This document shows positions 26,192 to 37,100 of a DNA stretch of 64,000 nt, piece after piece (position 1 is the first letter of the stretch; every line of letters starts with the position of its first letter). Origin of the DNA: Hydrolagus colliei (lineage: Eukaryota). Position numbers and translations under genes: made by a program. Location: NCBI GenBank assembly GCA_035084275.1, contig CM068769.1, positions 3,348,001-3,412,000 on the forward strand, read 5' to 3'. The notes beneath the pieces were generated by a model. That model was not told the origin of the DNA. It saw only the letters and a list, made by a program, of their open reading frames with translations, and searched no databases.

Positions 26192-26689
26192 GTATGGCTC
26201 CCTGTGTGTGTCTGTGTATGTGGCTCCCTGTATGTGGGTGTCCCTGTGTGTTTGTTGGAGGGTTGGGGGGAATTGAAGTGTTGTGAGTGTGTATATGTCT
26301 TATGGTTGTGTGTGAAAGAGGCCTGTATGTGTATGTGTGTGTCCCTCTCCCGGTGTGTCAGAGAGAGAGAGAGCAACAGTGAAAGAGAAAGAGGGCTATG
26401 CATGTCTCGGTGTGTTTGTGCCAGGCCTGTGTATCTGTCTCTGTGAGAGTGTATGTGTGAGACTATATCTGTAGAGAGGTGTCTCTATCTCTCTGTCTGT
26501 CCGGCTCTTCATGTATTTTACATTACTGAGGGTCACATACATACAGAGAGAGAGAACATTCCTCTTTATAGCGTGAGATACACTCACAAACACAGTGACA
26601 CACACAGTCCTCCGTGTCTCACAGTCCTCTGTGTCTAACAAAGCGATGTGAATTGAGTTACCAACATAATATTTATCTTTTATTACAAC

Positions 26690-27190
26690 AACAACAACTA
26701 CTTCGATTTATATAGCGCCCTCCACGCCGGACGGCGTCTCAAAGCGCTTCACATTAGCGGATCTCGGGACCGGGGCAGGGGCAGGGAGGTGACCAAAAGC
26801 TCGTTCGAAGAGAAAGGTTTTCAACTGTAACCTGAAATTGAGAAGAGAGGGAGCGAGGCGAAGCGAGTGAGGAAGTGAGTTCCACAGCCTCGTGGCGTAG
26901 TGGCTAAAGCACGGATGCCGAGGGTGGAGCGGAGGACTCGGGGGACATGGCGGAGGCCAGAACCAGATGAACGAAGGCAGCGGGTGGTGGGTTGGGGGGA
27001 GAGGAGATCAGAGAGATAGGGGGGTGCAGACGAGTGGAGGGATTTGAAAACAATGTTGAGATTCTTGAAGTCGATCCTCTCTAGGATAGGGAGACAGTGA
27101 AGTCTGGCAAGGACTGGGGTAACGGGGGAGCGAAGCTTAGAGCAGGTGAGTATGCGGGCGGTCGAGATTTGGATTAGCTGGATTTTGTGA
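26690..27190 (-). mobile_element. L2 3' fragment (similar copies at about 29000-29390 minus, 31400-31995 plus, 37880-38600 minus, 47225-47670 plus)
   Basis: Shared motifs HITP.L..LHWLP, FKILTLVFKSLH, GGRAFS.YAP.LWNSLP and a tail gcgctatataaa...(gtt)n. Confidence 0.8.
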
Positions 27191-28360
27191 CACTGTGCCA
27201 GTGGGGGGGGGGGGGGGGGGGGGGAGACTCGTGTTGTCTTGGGGGTAAATAATGCAGTTACACAGCAGCTGGAATGAAATGGCCTCTGTGTGTGTTGCAG
27301 GAGTGATGCCGCTGGAATGTCTGAGGAAAATGGCCAAGTTTGCTACAACAGTGGGTCCTGTGCCAATGATCCAGTGTAACATTTACACTGCGCGTTCACG
27401 TTGGGAGGACGTGTGTTCCGTACCTGCGCAAACGCCTGTTAAAGATCCTGCGGCTGTTCGCAAAGGCAATGTTCCTGTTTGCTGTTGGCCCCCAGGCCTG
27501 CCGTGCCCGTTTCCTTCACTGCAGCCCCCGCTCGTGGGAGGCGCATGCCGCGGTGCAGAGGGACTCGGCCCCAGAACCTCCCAGAGCTATGTTCAGGACC
27601 AGCCAAACAGATCCAGTAAGTCAGGCTCGCACAACACACATACACACAACACACAATGCCAACAAGCACACGTACAAAACACGGGACACGGCCTGCACCG
27701 TGTGTATCTCTGGGTTGGAAAGCTCCGCTGTGCAGTGACTGTGACAGTGTTAAATGATAGTGTAACGCGGGGTTTATTCGCAGGCAAATCACCAGCCACT
27801 CCACGAGGGGCTGCACTACACCATCCCACCCAGTGACCTGAAATCTACCTGCCCTCACGGCCTGCCACGGCGCTTCCAGCTACAGGTACAGCCACAATGT
27901 CCAGTCCATTGCCTCTCTCGCTATCGTGTGTGTGTGTGATGTGTGTCTCTATCTCTGGTGTGCGTATGTCTCTGTTTTAGGCTGTTAGTGAGGCAGGTAT
28001 CTGATGCTGTGTGTATCCTATCTGTCTCTGTGACTATCCTCTCTTGTCTCTCGCTGTGCAAACCCTTCCTGTTTCACCTTACGTAGCTTTCTCTGTCTCT
28101 CACTCTTGTGCGTGTGTGTGTCTCCCTATTTCACATTGATGGTGTAGCGTGTATCTGATATAACGTGCCCTCTATGTCTCAGTGTGTGCTTGCTTCTCTC
28201 TGTTTCAGACAGGAGTGAAGGAGGCATGTGATTCTCTCTGTTGTGTTGCAGATGAAGTCGTTTGGAGTGGCATGTTTGATGGTCAGGCAGCCAGCACTGG
28301 AGCTCGCCAGTTATTTGAAAGCGACCAATTTTTCGTACCCTGCCATCCGCTACCTCATCT

Positions 28361-28529
28361 ATATCCTTTTCACTACAAAACTGGGTGCGATTCCCGGCAA
28401 AGCGTTTCCTTACTCCACATGTCTGATAATGATCCCACAAGAAACAAACCCGCTGGAACGCTGTGTAAGGTGGAATCCATCAATGTGTCTCAATGTCCCA
28501 GGTCCTTTCCTTGACCTCTCGGCTTTCAG
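28361..28529 (+). promoter_or_regulatory. U12-type (minor spliceosome) intron with AT...AG ends
   Basis: 5' site ATATCCTTTT, branch site TTCCTTGAC at 28507-28515, 3' end TTTCAG. Splicing here restores ...YLIY|GERGCGKT. Confidence 0.8.
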
Positions 28530-30049
28530 ATGGTGAGAGAGGCTGTGGGAAAACACTCACACTCTGCAACGCTGTTCATTACTGTTCCAAGCAGGACTGT
28601 CTTATTCTGCAAGTCCCAGATGGTAAGTTGCAGCCCATGTTATTGGATTGGATATGTGTAGTTGTCCAGAGGATGGCAGCAATGGGGAGAAGGCTTGGGC
28701 TGGTAGGCGCGAGGGCAGTCATTACTCTTGGTGTTTCAGGACATGATTGACAATGGGGGCATGTTGCTGTTCACGGCCACCCACTGGTGCTATAAAGCTG
28801 TGTGTCTCTGGTGGCACTAACAAGAATGTCAGACAAGGTAGTTGACCTTGGCTCCATCTTTTTTCCAAGTTGATGAGATTTTCTGGCTGTGTGTCTGAAC
28901 TCTATAACTACACCACCTAAAACCATCGATATGTATTGATGGGGGACTCACGAGATTGCAATTGTGTCTGTAGCTGAGCAACAGCCACAACAACTTTGAT
29001 TTATACAGCGCCCTCTATGCTGGACGGCGTCTCAGAGCGCTTCACAATAGTGGATCCCAGGACCGAGCCAGGGGCAGGGGTAGAAAGGTGACCAAAGGCG
29101 CGGTCGAAGAGAAAGGACTTCAGCCGGGACCTGATACTGAGAAAAGAGGGGGATAGCGAAGGTAGTGAGGAAGGGAATTCCAGAGCCTCAGGGCATAGTG
29201 TCTGAAGGCACGCCGCTGAGAGTGGACAGAGGATTCGGGGGGGACATGGAGGAGGCCAGACCCAGTGGCGCGAAGGCAACGGGAGCTGGTTTGAGGAGAG
29301 AGGAGGTCAGAGAGGTAAAGGGTTGCAGAGGAGTGGAGGGATTTGAAAGCAAGGGTGAGGCTGAGTATCAGTAATTCTCTTGTGTTTTTCCCCATGTGAC
29401 AGCTTACATATGGGTGAAAAGCCGTAAAGAGCTGCTCCAGTCGGCCTACAATCCAGCTCGATTTGACACCAGACCATTGAGGCCTCCATCTGGCTCAAGA
29501 ATTTCAAGATTACAAACGAGTGCTTCTTAAAGGAAGTAATAACAAAATAGTTGTTTTTGTCCAGTAGCCATGACCCTATGTGTCTGACCTCCAGCCCACA
29601 GACCCTTGACTCCTTTTAGGCCTGTTTCAGGACTCCGGATTGGTGGGACGTCCTTCGTATCCATTCTGATCGTTTTATAACAACTTCTAAATTAACAGGG
29701 AATTAAAACTTCTCCACGATTGAACATCTCGTTGAAGGAACTGAAGAAACATCTAATTCAAGTTTTGTCTGAACAGATAAAAACCCGGCAAAGGTACATC
29801 TGGAGCAAGCGGGAGGCAACAGAGGAGGGGAGGCCGCTCGTTGAAGTGGTGGAACAGGTAACTGGGTGAGGGGCTTCACACTGAATCGTCAGAACGCATG
29901 GGGGGACAAGGTCGGGGGGGCTAGAAAAAGGTCTTCTTAGGTCTTCCTCCGCCCTCCCCCCACCCCATGCTCAATTCCTGACCACTGACTGTCCAGAGCC
30001 TTGGAACGTCCTACCGGCATGAAAGGCGCTCTACAAAAGTAATTTTCCT

Positions 30050-30400
30050 GTTCCTTGGCTCAGTCATTAAGCTCTGGCCTCTGAGGTCAATGCTGGGTAT
30101 TCTGAGCTCATACCCTCGGCTGATGCTGGTGGCAGTGAGAGCCTTATTGGGGGAGGCTCTGTCCTTCGGTTGATATGTTAAACCTCGCTCCCTGTCAGAA
30201 GTTAAATGATCTCCCATGGCGCTGTCGGTAAAGAGAAGGATATTTCTCTCTCTCCCTCCCTGTGTCCTGACTGACAATTCCCTAAATAAATAGCTCATTC
30301 ACTTCACAGCTGTTTGCTGCATTTGCTTATTTGAAAAGAAAAGTCCCCCTGATGACAACAATTCCCTTGAAAGCACTTTGAGATGTTTTCATGTTCTAAG
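30050..30400 (+). mobile_element. Old SacSINE1/AmnSINE-like SINE in a DAP3 intron
   Basis: tggctcagtc..., gtccttcggttgatatgttaaacc, gatctcccatggcgct and a decayed aaagcactttgagatgtt tail. Confidence 0.6.
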
Positions 30401-33400
30401 CATCAGATCAAGTCGATGCCTTCACTGCTGCCAGGAGGGTGAGATGAGTGAGTTATTGTTTGTGTGTCTGTGTGTGTTGTGATTGAGCTGACGTCTCGCT
30501 GCAGGGACTGACAAGGGTAAAGAGTGCGAGTGATGCAGTCGGAGTCCTGTTCAAGGAGTTGAAGAGACAGAGCTCGCCAGACACCTACCGCCTGATGGTG
30601 GCCATCGACGGGGCCAATGCCCTCTGGGGACCCACCACCATGAGGTAGGAAGATAGGAGCCAGGTATTGCCTCACATTCCTGATTCCTATTCTTGTCCCA
30701 GCCCTCGCCAGAATCCACTGGCTCCCTATCACACACTAAATTCTCTCCCCCAACACCCCAGCCCTCGCCAGGCTCCACTGGCTTCCCTACCACACACTAA
30801 GCTCTCTCGCCCATCACCTCAGACCCTGCCAGGCTCCACTGGCTTCCTATCATCAAACGCATCTATTTCAAGATCATCTCCATCGTTTTGAAATCTTTTC
30901 ATGCCCTGGCATCTCGCCACCTCTTCGACCTGCTTGCTCACCTAACCCACAACCTCCACTTAACTGACTTGTCCCTTATGCCTTCAGTTCCACCATCAGT
31001 GGCAGCCACTCCATCCTGAACCTCTGAACGCTCTCTGATGGCCTTACCCCCTCCTTCCCCAGTTTCAGGACACTCTCTTTTCACAGATTTTTCCACACGA
31101 GCTGACTCTGATGCACAATTTGAAGAAGCTGGTGAACAATGACTGGGTGAGAGTCTGAGAAAGTAGCCTCTCCCTACAGCACCACACACTCCCTGTGCCA
31201 ATGCTCTGTGTGTATGCGCGTGTGTGTGTGTGGTGTGTATGTACGCGTTTAGGTATGCATTTGTGCACATTATTTTGGAGCACTGAGGGTCTGCCCATAA
31301 AATGTATAGTCAAATCACTTTACAGTGTATCCTGTGAAGCGCTTTGAGACGTTTGAAAGTGATTAGCTGCTGCGTCAAATGTAAGGATTATTATTCTATT
31401 CTAACATAGCTGGACTCCAGAAACTCTCTCCTTGTCGGCCTCCCCAGCTCCTCCATTCACAGACTGCAGATCATCCAAAACTCTGTAGCCCGTGTACTAT
31501 CCCGCACCCACCTCCGTGACCACATAACCCCCACCCTTGCCCGTCTCCATTGGCTCCCCATTCCCCAGAGGATCGAGTTCAACATCCTTGTCCTCGTTTT
31601 CAAGGCCTTACACTGCCTTGCCCAGCCCTATCTATCCGGTTTACTCTCCCCCTATAAGCCCATCCGGACACTCCGTTTAGCAGGACTTGGTTTGCTCCAA
31701 GCCCCCCGCCCGAACCGCCCCACCATTGGAGGCCGGGCCTTCAGTTTCTCCGCTCCCACCCTGTGGAATTCCATCCCCCAATCCCTCCGCCTTGTTTCCT
31801 CCCTTTCCTCTTTCAAGGCCAGTCTGAAGTCTTTCCTTTTCGACCGTGCCTTCTGTCCCCCCCCTAATTCTTCGACCTGCCGTACGTTTCTTACCCCCTC
31901 CCAATCACTCCACTCCCAGCTCGGGTCACACGCCTCCTGTGCAACGCCTTGGGACATCCTCCCGACGTGAAAGGCGCTCTATAAGTTTTATTTGTTGTTG
32001 TGTTACCTGCTGCAGTGTGCTGGAGCTGTGGTGATGACACTGACCAAGACTGGGGCATTGGGTTCCTCCCACGTGTCTCATCTACCCCACCATCTGCTTA
32101 GAAAGGTGAGCATGCTGTGCCCAGATTGACTGAAGCTCCTCCCAAACCTCCCTGAGAGCCCAGCTACTCACTCGCAGTGGGAGGCCTAAGGGTCGTTGTT
32201 GCAAATCCAGTCGCTTTCACACATTGTTAATCAGTAATGCCAAGGAGCCAGTCACTGGGCTACATCTCATCAGGTCCCTGTTCTTCATCTCTTGTCACAG
32301 TTCCATCTCTGCACCCTACACTTTGGAACTCCATCCTGGAGACCCTCTGCATCGCCACCTCCATACCACAATTATTCTGCCTCGTTCCCTACATCCCACA
32401 GTCTCCCTCCGCCTCGCGTCCTCCATCCCACAGTTCCTCTGCCTCGCCTCCTTCAAAACAAGCCTCAAGACCCTCCTCTTTGACTCTGACTTCGGTCACC
32501 CTCCCTGCCATCCAGTTCGCGACCATACCTTGCGTTCAGCATCTTGAGACCTCCTGCGGACATGAAACACACTGTGCGCATGCATTTTGTTGCTATTACA
32601 TCTTCTGCTCATGACTGACACTGTTCCTCTCTATCTCTCTCCTTTCTCTCCCCCCAACACACTGTAACCTCTGCAGGAAGGCTTTATCACTTTGGACCGT
32701 TTTGTTCCAATCGAAGTTAGGAACTACAATGAGAAAGAGTTTGAAAGTTGCTATCAGTACTATGTGGAACGCAAGTGGATCCAGCATGAGAAAGGTACGG
32801 AGCGAGGAATTAGTGTGGAGTTGGGGGACAAAGCTATTTACTCCTTGCATCCTCTCTGGTTCTTTTGACACCAGTCTGTATTTTCCCCCCATTTACTTGT
32901 TGCAAATGCTCTCCGATCTTTGAAAACCACAATCAGATAAGCTTTGTGTAATACAGTGCAGAGAGCTGGGATTGTTGGGATTCATTCCGCCGCCTCACAG
33001 ACTAATTATCTCACTGCCTTTCCACGTGCCCACAGCTCACACAGAGGAGGGGAAACAGGAGCTGCTTTTCTTGTGTAACTACAATCCAGGAATGATGGAT
33101 GGAGTCCGCAGCTTCCTCTAAGCCCTGAGCAGAAGGAACCTGTCCATTTGCTACATTCTCTATTTCTCTCTTGTCGAGGGGAGTGATGGCCCAGGATGTG
33201 GCCGAGTTTGCCCGGCCATTAGTCGGCATTCTGCTCCACCAGCCACAGAGGCCAACGATGATCACTGCCTGGCTCACCCAATCAGTAGCGACTGCCTGCC
33301 AGCCTGACACGAGATGTAATGTAACCTTGTGAAGTCTGGCCTGGGAGAGACGTCTCTACCTTACAGACTGCAATGAACCAGTGCCTGATGCCACAACATC

Positions 33401-34198
33401 TCTTTCACACGTCTCTTTCACACTGGTCATGTTTCAAACCCTGAGCTGCTGCGTGGAGGATGCTATACAAGTGCAAGTGGTTCTTGTCTCAACAATAACA
33501 AATGACATTTTTATCCTGCCTTTCATGTCAGGAGGATGTGTGCGGGTGTCAAGGCTGCAGTTTGTTTTAATGGAAACCATTCCAACATTCATTTTCCGAA
33601 CGAGTACGAAAGGTAAATGAAATATATGTATGTGTCAGAGTGAATATGAAAATGTCGTGAATGTTGTTAAGGCAGCGGTGAGTGTGAACGATGTGACAAA
33701 AGAAAGAGAAAACGGACAGAAAGGATGTCCTTCCTTCCTTTTGTATATCCTGGTACTGGCCACTTACCTTTGCGGATTAAAACATATCAAAAACACTCAA
33801 GTGAGTAAGGAGGCTTGTTTCAGACATCTGTCTCTTGACGTTTTCAGGTCTGCCCCCCCCCCCAACGTCTTTCCCGACCTTTCCCACGCGTTTGCGGCTT
33901 CGGTTTGGGCGCCAAATCGTGTCTGAGGTAAAGAGGCAACGGGTATAATAATAATAATAATAATAATAATCCCGGACTTTGGCGTGTTCAACCCCTTTGA
34001 TGTGTAGTAACTGTTTGTTTCCGGGGAGGCTACAGTGTAGTGAATGTGTGTTTGGTGTCTCTCTCTCTCACACTCGCACACAGTGGACAGGCTGATGGGA
34101 GAGGGATCAGGAATGACACCTTTAATAACCAGTCACTACAGTGTACCCAATGTATTACATATCACACACTGTGTGGACAGTCACTGCCTCAGTCACTA

Positions 34199-37100
34199 TC
34201 ACAATATCACTGACAGCCCAGCTCTGGATGCCCCCAGTGACCTCAGCTGTCTCTGTCCGTCTGAACTGAACTGATTCCCCCCCAGCCTGAAACACATGAA
34301 ACAGCAAATAACCATCTGATCACAATATAAACTGGAAACTCTTCACTCGCAGGTTAATCAATCAATAAATCCCCTCAAACTTTCTCCATCCCGATACCCA
34401 GCCCCGTTCTCTGTGTGTTTATCACATTAAACACTGACACAAACACTCACCAGATCCTCTCCAGGCTGGTGCAGGTCAGTGTGAGGCGGCGGAGAGCGGA
34501 GACAGAGGCGTCTGTGAAGGAGTTAGATTCCATGCTCAGCTTCCTCAGTGAGCGGCTTGTACTGAGAGCGGAGACCAGATCATCAGTGCAGCCATCGGTC
34601 AGATTGTTACTGATCAGCCTGGAGATCAGAGACACAGAGACATGACAGGGATCAACAACAACAACAATATGACTTGTGGGGAGGACGTCACAAGGCGCTG
34701 GACAGACAGTGTCTCAGACTGTGATGGGGGGGGGGGGGGGGGGTGTGAGAGGAGAACGATGGCGGGTTTGTTGATGGGGAGGGAGGGAGTTGCGGCAGAG
34801 AGGTAGGGACTGAGAGAAGAAGGTTGCTGGGGCGAGGGAGGGAGTTGAGGGGTTGGAGTGAGACCTCAGTGGAGGTAGAGGAAGGAAGTGAATAGGAGTG
34901 AGGGTCGTGGATAGGACAGTAGATAGTGAGTGAGCGAGCTGTGGAGGGAGAGAGGGTGTTTGCTGGTGGGGGAGGGAGGGAGTTGGGAGAGAGAGGGTGG
35001 GAAAGGAGCTGGGGAAGCGAGGGACAGAAAGGGAGTGAAAGAGAATGGGAGGGAGAGCGAGACATGGAGGGAGAGAATGGGATGGAGGAAAGGCGATTGG
35101 AAAGGAGTGACTGAGCTCTTGTAAAAAAAGTACTACCACCATTACCGTGGTACTGAGGGAGGAACGGAGGGAGGGAAGGAGGGGGTGGGGGGGAACATGG
35201 AGGAATGGCTGGGTTAAGCTGTGCAGATGTGGCAGGGAAAGGGATAGTGTTAGCTAGGGAGAGAGAGTGGGAGGGGTAGAGAATGGGGCAAGTGATAGAA
35301 TGAGGGAGGGAGAAAGCGAGCTGGTGCAGGGAGAAAGTTAGAGAGCTGGGCGAGGGAGCGAGAGAGGAAGAGAATCGGAGTGAGTGAGGGAGAGCTGTGG
35401 GAGAGAGAGAGAGAGTGGGAGGGAGCTGGAGAGGGATGAAAAGGTAAAGGGAGATGAGGGAGTGGGCTGCGTTATGAGGGAGCTGGGGGAGGGAGAGAAA
35501 GTGACGGAGGGAGGGTAGGAGGGGACTATCCTGGCAGAAGGAGGGAAGTAGAGAGTGAGGGAATGATTGAGGATGTGATGGAGGCAGCGTGGGAATGATG
35601 GAGCGTGTTTATCGTGGACATTCATATTCGGGAGATTATATTTTAACAGTCTGTTACTCACCACAGTGTCTGTATTTTACACTCCGAGTTCCTCAGAGCC
35701 TCACACAGTGACTTCACTCCAGAATCCCCCAGATTATTGCCCACCAGCCTGGACAAGGAGACAGAGACACAGTGAATATATTGTAACAATGCAATACACA
35801 TTTACATCTATATACAGGAGCTGGGGCCAGGGTCAGATACCTGAACGCACACACACATACATCGTTACCAAGACCTGGTTGGTTCAGACAAACACTGATA
35901 TTTTCATTATAGTCACATCAGGTCAGGTCTCAGACCTTTACAGGGACCGGATTGGAGTGCGAGAGAGACAGAGATCCGATTGGGTTATCTCAGTCTCTCT
36001 CTCACTCTCATTCTCCCTGTCTATTCCGCTCGCTGTCTCTGTCTCCCTCTGCCTCTATCACTTTCTCTCTGCCATTCCCTTTCTCTGTCTTTCTGTCACT
36101 CCCAACTCTCCCAGTTGTTCCATCTACCTGCTTCTCTCTCTCTATCACTGAGAAACTCTCCCTCAGTTATTCTCTCTTTTTTTCGCTCTCTTTCTTTCAC
36201 TCCCTCCCGTTACTATCTCACTGTCTCCCCATTTGTCAGTCTATCTCAAACAGTCTTTCTGTCTCACTGTCTCTCAGTGTCCCTATCTCTCTCTCTTTCA
36301 CAAACATCCACTCTCCGTTGGTCACCCACTTCTCTCTTTCTCCAACTGAGTTTCCCATTCCCAGTCTCTATCTCTGTCTTTATTTCTCACACTTTGAAAT
36401 CCTGTAGGTCAGTGGTTGGAGCAGTCGCGTGACAAGCGTTAGACATGTGTTCGATTCTATTCAGGTCAGTGAGACACATGGGTCCTTACTCTACACAAAT
36501 GGCTAATAAAAATCCCATCCCCCAAAAAACGGGTCATTTCAACACACTGTTGGCTGTTTGTGTGGACGCTGCTATGCGGAATTGCCTGCCGCGTTTCACC
36601 TACAAACAATAATATGCTATAAACAAATATAGAGTCAATTCGCTTTAAAGTATATTATGTGAAGCGCTTTCGGACGGCTAGAGGATTCAGAGGAGTGGGA
36701 AGATTTAAATACAAGTATGAGGATCTTGAAAATGATTCTATCCAAGCCACGGAGCCAGTGCAGTGTGGCAACAATTGGGTTAACGGGTGAGTGGAATTTG
36801 CTCCCAGTTGTCCTCTTCCATCTCCGACGCATCGCCCTTCTCCTACAATATCTCAACCACAAAGCTCCAAAAACCCTGTTCCATCTCTGAGCCTCTCGCG
36901 TATACACTCACGCTCACTCAGTCACTCCATCTCTTTCACCCACTCAGTCTCTCTGTCTCTTGCTCACACACAGTCTCTCTATCAGTCTGTTGCTTTCTCC
37001 AAGAAACCTAGCGATCTGGAAATCCCTTCCTCACTGCCTTCGCCTCCTCCCCTCTCTTCCCAGTTTTGGGTCTCAGCTAAAGACCTTTCTCTTGGATCGC

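Larger units (their letters stand above)
27306..33121 (+). pseudogene. DAP3: DAP3/MRPS29 intron-containing (unprocessed) copy with two disablements
   Basis: 12 coding exons: 27306-27350, 27496-27615, 27784-27885, 28252-28360, 28530-28622, 29403-29535, 29777-29857, 30505-30663, 31087-31146, 32016-32105, 32677-32794, 33036-33121. Motifs [13 protein letters not shown]-loop [31 protein letters not shown]. There is a 2-nt AC insertion at 29468-29469 and an in-frame TAG at 30646-30648. Confidence 0.92.

Noticed and set aside
27252-27836. 194-aa ORF as a gene
   Set aside because: It is a read-through across DAP3 exons and introns, largely in other frames.
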